A stretch of DNA of 61,942 nt, filler included, from Sphacelaria rigidula (taxonomy: Eukaryota): the NCBI GenBank assembly GCA_964200075.2. It is 5 parts of 5 records of this genome, joined end to end, with 100 filler letters (N's around TTAATTAATTAA, not from the genome) between each part and the next. Parts side by side here need not be neighbours in the genome. Positions count along the whole stretch, not along the records: positions 1 to 12,314 come from CAXNAA020003900.1; positions 12,415 to 24,725 come from CAXNAA020003901.1; 3 more parts are not named here. One strand, 5' to 3'. Under the pieces are notes generated by a model. It searched no databases. It saw only the letters and a list, made by a program, of their open reading frames with translations, and was not told the DNA's origin. Below, one piece after another: positions 1 through 13,270 of this stretch (positions are counted from its first letter, which is position 1; the number at the start of each line of letters is the position of its first letter). Both the position numbers and the translations under genes were made by a program.

Positions 1-31
1 ATACACTGCCTCCTGGGTGTCTCACCAGGCT

Positions 32-205
32 GGGGGGGGGGGGAAGGGGCGTACTCATTTGTTACTTGCCTTCGTCGTTCGATCACTGACCATGAATCGC
101 CTTCGAGACATATCACTGTTTTTACGTCTAGTAGAGACACTTTCAACACTTGGGCGCTCATCACGTTTTCTTCCATACACTACGAACACAGAAACCTTTC
201 ACATA
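32..205 (-). mobile_element. LINE 3' end with poly(C) tail (diverged copy)
   Basis: GGGGCGTACTCATTTGTTACTTGCC...TTTTCTTCCATACACTAC...CCTTTCACAT aligns by eye with 39344-39510; G-run at 32-49. Confidence 0.8.
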
Positions 206-952
206 CCCCATCTGTTTGGGTGCGGGGAATCCGAACAGGGCTCCACAGACAGAATTGGCTTTGATGGACGAAAAGCATTGAGCACCTCGGTACGTCAACA
301 CGTCGACGGAGTAAACGCAACACACTTCGCTCAACAAGATATTCCACGAACCTTTTTGTTGGATACGTGCTGGCTCAGCGCGTAATCGCACCAGCCCAGC
401 ACCGTGCCCACTCCGTCAGCGAGGTCAGGCACATCAGCCCCGTACACCAATATCAAAACGCCCGCCAGCTTCAGCAACTCCCCACGAACCCCCTGTTCGG
501 ACGCCGAAGGCGGAAGGAAAGAGTAAAAGTATCAGAAGCACAAGAGGTAGCTTGTGTTGGACCCTTCTTCAACGCCGGAGCTCAACTACGACCAAACGGG
601 CTGTTGAGGCCTGATGTGTTTTCTGTCGAGTTGGCAGTTGTTGTGGCGAACAGACGCGGTTGGCTTTGCCCCGGCCGATGAGTATTAACAAGATATTCGC
701 ATTGCACAACGTACAATTGTGAACCCTTAGACCGCGATGCGGGTAGTCCATCTGGATCACGAATACTTTTTTCAAGTGAAATTGATGCCGATTCGACAGG
801 TGACCTACCCTCACGGTCAAACAGTTAACGTGCCCCAGAGAGCATGTTCACTGTTGTTTGTTGTTCCTACAAGGCGCACAGATGGAAGGCACACAGCAGT
901 TTTATTTGCGAACACCACGGAAGCCGGGCGTAAGCCATATCGATACTTTCAT

Positions 953-955
953 GAC

Positions 956-984
<29 letters not shown>
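953..984 (+). repeat. (GATT)n microsatellite
   Basis: GACTGATTGATTGATTGATTGATTGATTGATTG; a second tract at 2165-2211. Confidence 0.95.
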
Positions 985-986
<2 letters not shown>

Positions 987-3387
987 CGCACATTAGCTGA
1001 TCTTGCAGGGATCCAGCCATAGTCGCACGGTACCCGAAATGAAACAACAACAAAATTGAAGGAAATAGAAAGGTAGACCAAATAAACAGAGTAGACTAAG
1101 GTTTGAAAAAAAAAAACAGTTATAAAAGGAATGTCCAGTATTCCTAATATGGCTTCGGTACAGGAGGTCTTGCGCAATGACACATAACCGTACCCTTTTA
1201 CGGTGTGTGGTGAACCTAGTTCCAAGGCACTAACCGGATTCAGCACTCGCGCTACCAGTGCAAATCATACCCGGGGCAACCGTGGTACGGCCTCCCTCGT
1301 AGGCTATACTTCATCCCGGCACTTCACGGCTCTTTTCACAACCAGCTTTGAGCGTGTCTTTTCGACGCGCCTACCTACGTTCCTGGACGGCTTCCAAAAC
1401 AGTCGTCTGAGATTTTCAGTCTTGCCATCGGGTTCAAAGATGGCAATGCGCGACTTATGCTCGGTCCAAATGTGGTCTTGAGAGATTTTCTCTTTTACCG
1501 TCTGGGTCAAATATGGTCCCGTGAAATTTGTCAATTTTGCCGTTAAATTCAAAGGTTATGATGTGGTATTTGCATTACTGTCGCCAGGTTCAGAGACGAT
1601 CTCGTGAAAAAATGTACTTTTGCCGCCGCTTTAAAAATGGCAATGTGGAACATGTGCCCAGTCCATTGGTGATCAGGTGACATATTCCTTTCTTCCATCC
1701 GGCATGAGGATGGTCGTGTGAGAATTATATCCCATTAGGAAAAAAGGCCATCGAAAATGTTTTCTTTATTGAGCCAATGATGTGCACTCGTATGAATATG
1801 CGCGCTTCCGTACCGATCTCGCCGGCCTTTCCTGGTGTTCTAAAATATCGGAATTCCGGCGGAGCGTCCAATATCGGACCGGTCTCTCACATGACTCAGC
1901 AACGAAGAAGCCCTCTTGCAGTTCAATTTTCTCGGGCCATGATCTTAATGAACAGTGCCGGGTCATACCGTGAGTGAGTTACACCGACGATCTGGAAAAC
2001 AGTTTTCCGTGGCCTTGGACGTTTGAAATTTTACTTTCTGTGGCGGATCAAAGTGTGCCAATGGAATCGTGTGTTTTGGGTTGTATCTTGAGCGCATACC
2101 CACCAACCTGCGTTACCCCCACCCCCGAGACATGACATCATTCCCCCAACAGCTGAAATCGACTTGATTGATTTATTAATTAATCGATTGATTGATTGGT
2201 TGATTGATTGAGTGTCGTACTGTAACTGATCCCCCAGGAGACATGATCCAGCCGCGGTCATTGTCCACGTGACAAACGTATCCGAGACAAAAGCAAATGT
2301 GAAACACGCGCTGAAGAAATATCAAGAAAAAACAGAAAACGGTAGAAAAACAAAAAAAGGAAGGAAAATATGAAGAAAAAAATGACTCAAGATGAAAAAA
2401 ATAGAAATGGCCGGCCTCTGCCACATGGCTTCGGTGGAAAAGGTCTTGCGCAGAAACCTCACCGATACTCAATCGTACAAAACGAAAGGTCGTGGGAAAA
2501 GATTGTGGCTTGTCTCCTACGATCTCACTATCTTGAGTATGAAACCTCTAAACCATGAACCCTACGAAAGCGAGGCACCGAACTGCTCTAACATACACTG
2601 CCAGGAAAGAACACATACACCGGTAGGAAAGAACACACACAGATGCAAGTATTTTGACAATCTGGGGTAACCTGAAAAACGTAGCCAGAGAGTCACGAAA
2701 AGGGACGTCGTGGGCGCAGACGAGTCGAACCATGGTTTTCGTTGGACTTTCTCATGTCACTTGATGAAGGCAGCTAAATCTCGGCAGGCAAACTTCGTCA
2801 TGTCGCCGTCATATCACCAATTCATCGGCGGACACCAAGTACGACTGCGTAGATACTTTCACGAGGGTTAAAAGATAAGTGCACTACAGTACCGCGCAAG
2901 GCAGCTACACAGTAAACGTGATTTCTTCCTCGCGCACACCGCAGAAAAAAACAAATCGTTCAATCATAACGCGTGATCGGCACTCTTACATTGAAATTTG
3001 ACCCGCGCCCTCCTCACGTGTCCATGTTCTTGAACCGTTCAATGGTGGTTCATGTGGGTTTTTTTTTCATTTTTGCCGTCCGGTTGACCAAGGATGGGTC
3101 AGGCTTTGATGTGGTCATGTAAGCGTGTCGCGTTTACCGCCCGGTTCAAAGATGGGCATGTGAGAGCATGTCATTGCACATTAAATCTCTGTAAAGCTTC
3201 AACTTGTGGAGATGCTTCACCCACGTCTGACGCACGATAACTCAAGGCCAGAGTAGTCTCGTCAGTGCACAGTGCGATCTAGAGAGGAGTGCGGTACACG
3301 CGAAATCGTCGTCGAATTCTCATGGTTGATGTGTCGAACCCGAAAACTCTGATCAAAATCGAAGCCACACCAAGATCCCCTCTCCTT

Positions 3388-3648
3388 CATGGTGAGACAC
3401 GCATGAGGCAGTGTGTAACCCGTGGTGTCTCTGGCAGTGGTGATACCAGAAACTGAAGCAGCTCATTGTAGGCTGTCGCCCATATGCAAGATAATCAGTG
3501 CGCTTCGGACCGAACATTCTTGGCAAGATGCAGCTCTCCCTTCATGCGACTCGCCGAAAACATCACGGCGCTTCGCGCTTGGTGATCGCGAGCCTGGTCC
3601 GGCGAAAACACGGCGTGCTCCGTCCCGGCTTTGTAGGGATGCGAGGTC
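3388..3648 (+). mobile_element. Copy of the same ~300-bp element, lacking its last ~40 nt
   Basis: CATGGTGAGACACGCATGAGGCAGTGTGTAA...GCCTGGTCCGGCGAAAACACGGCGTGCTCCGTCCCGGCTTTGTAGGGATGCGAGGTC, preceded by CCCCTCTCCTT. Confidence 0.8.
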
Positions 3649-4450
3649 GCCAGTCTTATTCATAGCGGCTGTAAAATATCAGCTTCACCGGGATGCTACG
3701 GTTGCCAACGTTTCGAATTCTCCACCACCTTCTGCCCGGAAAGATCCTCGTTAACCTTCAGCAACCGCAGCGCAGATGGCGTTTCAGGAATGTATGGCCT
3801 ATTTCCATTGTGTTGCGCAGAGTGCGAACCAAATACATCGACAAATGGTGTACCGACTAAGCTGGAGCCACGAAGAAGAAGCGTGAGGCCGTGTCTCAGC
3901 AAATCATTTCTCGACAGAAAAAAGTGCGATGGAACAACTTTGACCATCAGATAGGTCATGATTTCAACATACATGAAGATACATCGTTGAAATCACAACC
4001 TATCACATCGGAATTTGCCATTTCGACCGAAAATATTCTCGATCGAAAAACAATGCGCTAAGACACGCGCTCAAATGAATGAAAACATTCGCCAGGAAAA
4101 GCATTCGAAAAAACGTTGGTACCACTGCGCTTGCCCGCACACTACTGTTGTATGGTTATTCGCCATCCGGTTGCTATCTCAGTACCATTTGTTTGATCAA
4201 TTACTCTACTGTAGTAGGATGGACGACCTTGCAATCCCCGGGCGAAACTAGGACCTCGTTTGGAGAGGCATGTGAGGGTCAGTCGAAACACGAACAGGCA
4301 AACAGGCGCACCGGCCCGAGCAGGGGCAAGGTAAGCACGCAAAATCCGACTGACACAGCCATGTCTTCGTCTAGTACATCCCCTTAGAACCCGAGCAGCC
4401 GCTGCCGGTGTCGGTGTGCGCAGCAGGTGGCATGATGGTCATCCAAGTTT

Positions 4451-4940
4451 GTGAGGTTGCCTGTAGCTACCCTTGGTACAGCGAGAATGCCCCTGTACGG
4501 TAGTGCCTCCTGCAAGCGAGCGGCGGATGCCTTGGTGAGTATACATAACGCTCCGCATGAAGCTGTTCGAAGGGCTTCGCTGCAGCAAGATACAGTGTTT
4601 GGCCCTCACGCACCTAGCACTAACCCCAACTGAACTGTCTCCTTTGCAGTGGGAGTCCTCCCACAGTGGACAGTCTATCACTTCCCAAAAACCCCACCCA
4701 CTACACCAATATTAAGTATTTGTACTACATCGGTAAAGTGCGGGGTTACAGGCCACTGATGATAAGGGTGCTTTGGCTGCCCGCGCAGGCCGTATCAGTC
4801 TGTGCGGCCAACACGTGGCAGTGGCGGTGGGTGATGTGACCATGAGCAAGGTGCTTGCTGTGGAAAAAGCATTCCCGAGACACGTCGCTCGAGCACTCGC
4901 ATCATGCCGGGCGCCACGTCTCGCTGCACGGAGGGAGTGA
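4451..4940 (+). CDS. Possible two-exon fragment of an unknown gene
   Basis: ...RMPLYGSASCKRAADAL|GTGAGT (donor ~4534) joins in phase 0 to TTACAG|ATDDKGALAARAGRISLCGQHVAVAVGDV...RRE* (4752-4940). No family recognised. Confidence 0.22.
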
Positions 4941-5627
4941 AATGCTGTACGATGCAATAAATACATCCTGTTCGTAAAATGTCATGCCGGAACTGTGGTA
5001 CGACACCTCATCACCCATGTGACCTGTACATACGCGCGCATGTACCATCACTCCTATCATGATGACTCTTCCAAGATTTCGTGACGACAACCCTCGAGCA
5101 CACTAAACTGGTCGTTGGCACGCTTTGATGAACCACCAGGGAACGCTAGGAGACATTGCACCGCTGGCAATCCGCATCTTGCAAGGTATAACAGGCCGAA
5201 GATCGACACTTTGACGTTTTTTCCGACTTTGGAGGATGACGTTCAGATATATTCGTACGAATACCGGATAATTGATTGCACTGTCAAAAAGTGGTACTGC
5301 TTACAGTATCGTCTATTGCGCCTATTGCAATAGGGAGTATGCAGACTCCATACTGTACACAGTTAGGCCGGAGTACGACACTTTGTCGTTTCTTCGACTA
5401 TGGAAGACGAAGTTTTAAATTCCGTACAAATCCTGAACAATGAAATGCATTGTCACAACGTGGTACTGCGTACAGTATCGACTATTGCGTCTATTGCAAT
5501 AGAGAGGACGTACACAGTACCACGTTTTGGCAATGCAATGTATTGCCCAGGGTGTGCATACTTGACAGGCTTTCAGGATCGTAATGCACAGCAATGAATC
5601 GAGGTCAATCTATGGACCATATGATAA

Positions 5628-5720
5628 GCCGGTAACCGCGGTGGCTCAGGTGGCAACCTCGAAACCTCCTAACGGTTGGGTCTTTGGTTCGAAGCTCGGT
5701 GCAGTCACACGATCTGGGAT
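5628..5720 (+). mobile_element. tRNA-derived (Pol III) SINE-like head
   Basis: A-box-like TGGCTCAGGTGG (5642) and B-box-like GGTTCGAAGCT (5686) at tRNA-like spacing; no intact cloverleaf. Confidence 0.5.
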
Positions 5721-6434
5721 TTTTTCATCGGAACATGCCCACCAGTACAGTGGAGACCGATGATGTCGTGGGCACAAAACACCCAATTTTACAGTCGATG
5801 AAGGAAAGAGAATGTTCAACCATTCTTACGATGAAAAAAAACGCAAGCACCACAGAAAAAAGGTGGGGTACTACAGTAGCGGGCGGTCTAACTATTCATT
5901 TTCTGGCATTTTGTGATTTTTTCGTAATTGGCGATTTTCTTGGGCTATTTTCGCTTGCCACCGCCTATTACATCGGGGATCTGAAGATGTTTGTGTCCGC
6001 TCCGCATCTCATGAAGAAAAAATCATCTGTAATCAATATTGAGTGACTTACGGGCTAACCGGTCATCGGGGGTCCTGCCACGTTTCAGCCCGGACTCTTA
6101 CTCTTCTGTATTTTCGGTCGATCGAGCCTATCCCGATCATATTTGTAAAGAAATGTACAGTAAATTTTTTTCGAAATCCTGCCTACTCATTGCACTAGGG
6201 CCGAAAAACTGTGTTTCACGGTCAATAACACCTCCTGATGAGCGGGGTATTTACTCGTTTCGCCCGATAACACCAACTATCATGCCTTGGGCACTGTGTT
6301 TCGAGGATGATCTGCTTCGTTGTACCAAAATCTACCGACGCAAGCAGTTTCGAGTTCTATCGAAGAGTAGTACGCGAGGGAACCCCCAAAACACCCCTAA
6401 ATAGTTAGACCGCCCACTACTGTAAATATAAACG

Positions 6435-6527
6435 AAGAAAACGCTCCTGTGTCTGCCTTCCTCCTGTGTGACCCCGGCTGCTGCGCTTATATACACCGAC
6501 AGGTGGAGACTGGCGTCCAGAATACAT
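6435..6527 (-). repeat. Dispersed repeat, second copy at 18642-18730 (+)
   Basis: TATTCTGGACGCCAGTCT(C/A)CACCT...CAGCCGGGGTCACACA(G/A)GAGGAAGGC is shared between contigs 1 and 2. Confidence 0.8.
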
Positions 6528-9500
6528 GGGATGACAACACACTGCACACACACACACATACTTCTTTTCTCCAGGGTCCGCATCAACTACGACTGACCGC
6601 GTGGTTTTGGCCATGCGCCTACTCAGGGCATGAGAGCAACAAACACGGCAAATAGCGCGCACCTGGGATGTCTTGCTGGAGCCGATTCGGTACTGCTCCT
6701 TGATGGTATCCCACATAACAGAAACCTGAACGACGGAATTGTTCAGTGGGAAATCGCATTGGGGTGAAGCAAACGCGTTAGAATTAGAGCGCACATGTTA
6801 TCAGCCAAACGGCCCCGCTGCTCGAAGGGTGGGACAGGCGACGACGCGCCTGGGAGAACCGGCTTGATCCTTTCTGCTCTTCGAACAGATGACGATCCTT
6901 CATCATTCAGGTGGTGAGTACATCAAAGAATTCAGCACGGTGATGTTAAGACACAAAACCCGGAGACGACCGGATTTAGCCATTCCTCCTGAAGGGTGAA
7001 GTGGGGAAAAAACTACAACAGGTGTCTCCTGTCGCTGGGTGACCTAACTGCTTCATCAATAGGCTCAAGTTTTTATTTATCTTGCCCCTGTTGATGGTTG
7101 CCCTACACACGGCACCGTAGTGCCAAGCCCCCAAAACACGAGATTCAGAAGGCCAATAAGCCTACCCAGCTGCCGCGCCCCGGCGGTCCAACGGCACAGC
7201 TTACGCCGTTACGTCGGGAGAATGCGGGTTGTATTTCGAAAGATGCATTTGAGTTTTTTTTCCGAAAATAATCTGATTTTCGCCATTGCTGAAAACGTCA
7301 AAACATGAGCAGTAAATGAAAGTTCATTCGACGAGAGTCCACGCGGTCCGAGAGTGTTAGTCATGATCCAATTCGCGATAACAAAATGTAAGGAGGCGTG
7401 TACCGGGGGAGAGATGGTTCAATCTCTTAAGAGCACGGACTCGTCCCAAGGAAGGAGATAGGTTCGAAGTGAGAAATAGTATGCCTTACACTGAAGCCGC
7501 GCCATGGATGGTGAATACGTAGCACACCTTGAATAATAGATTACATTGTAAAAAAATGTACTGCGCACAGTATGGAATGAATTGTCTATTGCAATAGACG
7601 CAATAGTCGATACTCTACGCTACTTCATCTGTCTCATAAGTTAGGGTACGTCAATTTGTACGGGCCCTCAACTGTGTCCCATCTGTTTTCCGATTTTCTT
7701 GCTGAAATCTTCGATGTTTTTCGAGTAAATGACGGGGGGGGGGTTTCCCAGCCGGTGCTTGAACGATGCGGCCGAACGGCCGAAAAATATCACCTGGCCC
7801 AAAAATGGCCGTATTTCACGCCTTTCCCACGGGACAACTCTGGCTGCATGACCATCTCAATCTCTACCGCCATTGCGTAGCGGCACCAATGGATATCTCG
7901 GTGCCCCGTTTGCGAGGTGGAGGTGTGCTGGGGGGTGCGTCCATCGCTAGAATGGTGCAGTGGGCAGGTAGGGTATTAAATTTGGACGCTTTGATGAAAT
8001 TTTCGAGAATTCTCAAAAACATACTTGAAAAACATTCTCAATTTTTTTCCCAAAATAGGCCAAAATAGGGTATATTCTAACCCATTTTAGGTCAAGGAAT
8101 TGAACCCCGATTTTTTTTTCTCTACTTCGTCTTCGTTTCATCTTCGCAACGAACCCGACTATACTATCCTCGCTCCCACGGTTGTACCCGGACAACGTAT
8201 TGCCCATAGCTACCCTAACTTATGAGACAGAGTAAGCATACAGGTTTTGCAATGGAATCCATTATCCAGGGTGTGATATGTAAAACCAATCCACCATGCA
8301 TCACGGTCCCTCCCGTACAGAGCGTCATCGACTGTCAACATACCTCCCATTTACTGGCAGCAAGACTCGGCGGTCTCAACTTGAGCAGCTGTCGTAAGGG
8401 CATCAGCGCGTGTGATCGCACCTCCTGAGACTGTGTTTCCTTCGCAAAGACTTCCCATAAGCCCTTTTTTATCCTGACGGACGACATCACCAACGAACAG
8501 AGAAAAGAGCTTCTTACTTCATACCACGTTTCGCCACGCGTGCTCCTCCTCCAATCCTCTTCACCGAGAAGTTTCTGAGTTGCAATGCTTCAAAAACAAA
8601 AATGAGAAATAAGTTTTTCAATGAAACGTCATCATTAGACTAGATGTGGCCGGCGTCGCCTTCAACCTGTCTTCGAACGTCGTTCAAGTAGTTCAGACAA
8701 TAGAAATCCATCCATAAATGAGGTGGTTCGTGTCTACTTGCTACCAAGAGAACAGAAGACAAGCGATCTCGCCCGTCCTAGCTGCCCCTTCACATCCCTC
8801 GTCACTTCTACATGAACACGCCATTGGTGATCAACGCACTGGCGGTGGCCCTACCGTATATCTGCTGGCGAGATCCAGGTGCAACAACATCGCTATTCCC
8901 TACGCTGCTACTTTTGATCGCAACACTACTGCTGCTGCGCTTCTACTGCAGGAAATTCCTACCACTCTTCAGGGATGTGTACGGCGGAATCGCTTTTTTC
9001 TTCTTTTCTTTTTGCTCTGAGATCAATAGTAAAACAAGTTTGACGCTAAGAAGGGCAAATAAAACAGCTGATGATGACGACGAGGAATCGAATCGGCGTG
9101 TTCGCGTTGCAAAATACATCGTCTTCCTCCCTCAGCAGCCATTTGAAAAAAAACTCCGCGCTTTGAAATCCGTGAAAATTTCGCCACGGATTACGCTGTA
9201 AATCCGTAGCAGGAGCCGTACTATGAATCCATTCGACGCGGAATGTGCGCCGATCGAGTTCTTGTGCCGGTTATTTTTTCATGTTCCCTCTTTTTGACAT
9301 GTTTCTTTCTTATTCTGGCGCTACAGTCTTCAATCCGTAGAACCACGGTTTTATCCGTACATATCCCTGAAAAATTTGAACCCGTGACCGAAAAATCAAA
9401 ATCACTTCTGAAATACGCGAGAAATAGGCACCGAGACAGAAAAAAACGCAGGAAACGTACAAGCACAAGGGAGAGAACCGAAGCAGATAGAAGAAACGAC

Positions 9501-11355
9501 GGGGATGGAAGGGGAAAGGGGACACCTGGGGCAGACCTGATTCCAAAATGCCATCAAATTTTCGGCAGCTATGAGTAATGTCATCGCGTGCGCCGTTGTA
9601 CTGTTCGTCTCTACGGCAAACACGGCAGTGGCATAGAAAAAGTCTGATAGACCTCCCGCACCCACGCCAGGACAGTGTGCGGTTGGTATGTCGCGACAAT
9701 TGCGTTATTTTCCTACGATAGATAGTACGGGTTGCTTTGTGTGCTGCTGTGACACATACCCAAGCGTAGGGGGTCGTCGCATACCGGCTCGTGCGTCCTG
9801 CATTTTTGAAGAGTCTGGCCGGACACATAGACCTGTCATTGCTGATCAAAGCCAAGCATACGAATCTACTACAATGTCCATCACAGAGGGCTGAGACTAA
9901 CGTCCTCCCGAGGAGAGAGCGAAAATAGAGATGGGCAGAACAGACTGCAGATTCGTGTGAGACCACGGCGTGGAGCGTGCGGGATTGTTCTTTCCCATTT
10001 TGAAACCATAACGATCGAACACAAGCAGTAGTGCAGGACGTGCTTTCGGAAAAATAATTCCAAAGCACGTAGCTTCAAGCGCTGTTCATACGTTCTTCGT
10101 GCAGCACTTGTACAGCAAAGTTTGCTGCTCTACTGCACGCTGTTCTGCCATTTGCTAAATCAATTCACTCTTTACCGCTATGCTTGAGTGCCTTGGAAAC
10201 ACTGCATCACCGTGTCCGCAAGTGTGTTCTCCTCTATACGGAGCCCTATGTGCATGTGCTCTCACAGAGTTCTCCAGGAAATTTCAGCGGAGTTAAACAC
10301 GCGACAAAACCAATGAAAAGCCTCGGGTCAGCCGTGGGAAATGGCGGAAGACAATAAGCAAAGCAGGGACTGGAAAATGACCTCAAGCGACAAGGCATTC
10401 GTCGAATACGTGTGTCTCTCTGGCGCCCGACCGCAGTTCTCGAAAGGCGCAAGGTAAAACAACGTGTGGCACGTTAGTGGACAAGCTCGCACAGATATTG
10501 ATGGTTAAGTACAAGACAGCAGATCGAGCGTGAATAGAACAACACTATCAAGGACAAATTGGAGAACCTCACACATGCGGAGCATTGCTAGTTAATAGAG
10601 AGGGTAAGTTATGATGTGACAAGTCAGGTTGCGTGAGTGGACTGACGTACCCAGCAGCGTAGCGGTCTACATTCGGGGTGCCCTTGGCGTGCTTGATAAA
10701 GTCTCCCACCGCCCTCAACGCCGCCATCCTCGCTTTTTTCGTTACCTTCGAAGGCCATCATCACACCAGCAGAACGCACGAGAAGGGGTACAAGAGAATA
10801 TAATCAACACGCCGTGAATTCGACCCCCCGCCAGTGTGTCTTGAAGACGCTTCTAGCCTATAAAAACACCCATGTGCAGAGCTCTTCTCGTGTAGCGGGC
10901 GCCTGGTCGTACTCTGGGGGATAAAACATCGCTCGCTGTCGCAACACACCAACCCCGATACCCGCATGAGGAAGCCCGGAGTAGTCAATCACACTCGCAT
11001 TCGATGAAAATGATCTGGCGCACACAACTCGCGACAACGCAGGGATCTTACGTAGGCTTCCGGCTGGGTTTCACGACTCGACACGGCCCGGCGCCCTGAA
11101 CAGCGATCACCAGAAACGATCACAGCGATCTCGTCATAACTCAGATATGCATCAACTACTGCGGGGAGGGGGGGAGATGTAAATTGAGAAACGACGGTAA
11201 CCTACACAACGATACAACTGTCCACGGCAAACGTCAGACCGCGTGAGGTCCCTCTGATTGTCGGTGCTCGACATGCAAGCAGAACACTATTCCCGGTTTT
11301 GTCGACGAGATCATGTCCAAAATGTTTTTTGAAAACATCGGAGCTGGACACGCTT

Positions 11356-11840
11356 TCAGTAGAGCACGATCGGCCATTTTTTCGTGTCCTCGGGTATTCC
11401 GCTGTGCCGACGAAGTCGTCTCAATTCGCAGTATGATTGACGCCAACGGTACTGTTCGTTATAAATGGTACGAACAGCATCAACGTCAGCATCGTTATCC
11501 CGAACATGAATATATTAGCAACAACGACAGTAGAACAACAAGAGCATCACCAGCAGCGACAACACCACTTCGGTATCCGTCTCACACTGCGACAGATTCG
11601 ACTCTGTCCCTCATTCACAAACCTTAGGATCTTTGTTGATGGTGTCCTTCACGAATGACAGCACGTCCCGCGGGGTCTGGGAGTCGAACATGAACGAGCT
11701 GAAAAGAGAAATGTCCGCCTGAACACGGAGAGACGAGGCAATGTCCACATAACGCAAGCAAACACGAGTTTGTGCTTGAGAAACATCTGGGAATGGATGC
11801 GCGACTTACGTTGTAAACGAAGTAATTTGCTACGCAGGTA
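11356..11840 (-). CDS. Probable last three exons of an unidentified protein-coding gene
   Basis: Exons 11840-11810 (TCVANYFVYN), 11718-11623 (ADISLFSSFMFDSQTPRDVLSFVKDTINKDPK) and 11451-11356 (YRWRQSYCELRRLRRHSGIPEDTKKWPIVLY*). Each follows a CAG acceptor; donors GTAAGT and GTTTGT; phases compatible. No family recognised. Confidence 0.5.
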
Positions 11841-12259
11841 CTGTTTCAGTAGCTCAACGCATTGCGAACATATATCTGGTACGGCCTCAACCCTTCGAGC
11901 GCCCGCAGTCTTCTGTGCCGAGAATCGGTTCCTGACGGTCCTACAGTTACTGCAGGATGACCACCGTGGAGGCGTAGGTCGCCGCAAGTTGGCCATCCGG
12001 GCGCCGAAACGACATCGCTCATTTTCTATCTTGACCAACAGAACTCCAAGGCGGGACTGGGACATTTTTTCTCACATCTTCGAAACGATATAGCCGACCG
12101 AGATCGCCCTCCCTTTTCTCAATTTTCAACGCTGCGAGCTCCCGTTTGGGCAACAGGGGTTTGTTAGGGGGACAAGCTGATGGATGCGATCCCACGCGGG
12201 TTGGTCTTGTTTGTGTCAACTTATCGTCTTCATCCAGCTCAGCTGGCTGTGGAGGTCGT

Positions 12260-12314
12260 GGGGGCGTACTCATTTGTTGCTTGCCTTAGTCATTTGACCA
12301 TTGACCACGCATCC
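12260..12314 (-). mobile_element. LINE 3' terminus (cut by contig end)
   Basis: GGGGGCGTACTCATTTGTTGCTTGCCTTAGTCATTTGACCATTGACCACGCATCC, near-identical to 39164-39218. Confidence 0.85.
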
Positions 12315-12414
12315 NNNNNNNNNNNNNNNNNNNNNNNNNNNNNNNNNNNNNNNNNNNNTTAATTAATTAANNNNNNNNNNNNNNNNNNNNNNNNNNNNNN
12401 NNNNNNNNNNNNNN
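12315..12414. other. Artificial contig spacer (44 N + TTAATTAATTAA + 44 N)
   Basis: 100-bp N block with a linker that has stops in all six frames; identical structure at all four junctions. Confidence 0.97.
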
Positions 12415-13039
12415 ACTCTTTGTACGTTCAACACCTGCGCAACGGAGTGCAACAGCCAAATGATACATCATCCTCACGCTAGAAGGAAATAGGCACCCAA
12501 CACGTCTAAAACGCATCTGGCCACTTGCAACACCGTAGAAAACGTAAGCATCGCATGCCTCCCCGCCGTCAAAGCTTCAATGCTTCAACTTGCCATCATT
12601 TCATAAACGCATTCAAAGAAAAGCCATGACTCAAACCGCTATTCAAGTCATGCATACTGACCCAACGACGGCGAACGGACCTCGACCTCCGCCATCATTG
12701 ATCACCACTCGTGGTCTCGTTTTCGAACTCTGCAAATCCCAGATATTTCTACATCTCGTTTGGATCTTGGACCATCATATCCCATCCGTGCATCAGCCAA
12801 AATGTAGGAATATTGAATTCCTCGACACTCTTGCAGTCTACCTGCACCAGTTCTTCGAACAAATGGACGCATCATCCACATGCTCCTTCTGAAATGAATG
12901 AAAAACCAACCACGTGCTCGTTCAAACACGTAGCAATCCATACAAAAACGTGCCACGGTCAAAAATCATTGATTCATGCGCGCATAATGTCTTTATCTTC
13001 AACCATCGGAAGCACTTGCGTCATACCTGCTCACATACG

Positions 13040-13270
13040 ACGAGCCTTCGCATTTCGTATCTTTCAGCTCATTTTCACGCTAACAGCAGGTGTCATTGTA
13101 TCCTACAGTTTTTACGAGCCTACGCATTTCGTATTTTTTTGCGAACTTTCACGCTAACAACAGGTGCCACCGTATCGTACATTCAGTACAAACCTACGCA
13201 TTTCGTATCTGTCAGCTCTTTTTCACGCTAACAGCAGCAATCCACGTATCCCGCAGTCAGTACGAGCAAA
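13040..13270 (+). repeat. 74-bp tandem repeat, ~3 units
   Basis: ACGAGCC(T/A)CGCATTTCGTAT...TTTTCACGCTAACA(G/A)CAG units start at 13040, 13114, 13188 and 13262. Confidence 0.9.

Noticed and set aside
3432-3449. CTGGCAGTGGTGATACCA resembling the 5' stem of U1 snRNA
   Set aside because: No ATACTTACC 5' end or Sm site, and the match is not kept in the 38196-38530 copy; likely chance.
9310-10068. 252-aa minus-strand ORF, and similar long ORFs at 27829-28446, 44878-45588 and 51226-51828
   Set aside because: No recognisable motifs and composition typical of non-coding frames; 44878-45588 is antisense to the copia relic.
12359-12370. TTAATTAATTAA as a biological motif recurring every ~12.4 kb
   Set aside because: Always centred in N blocks; an assembly linker.
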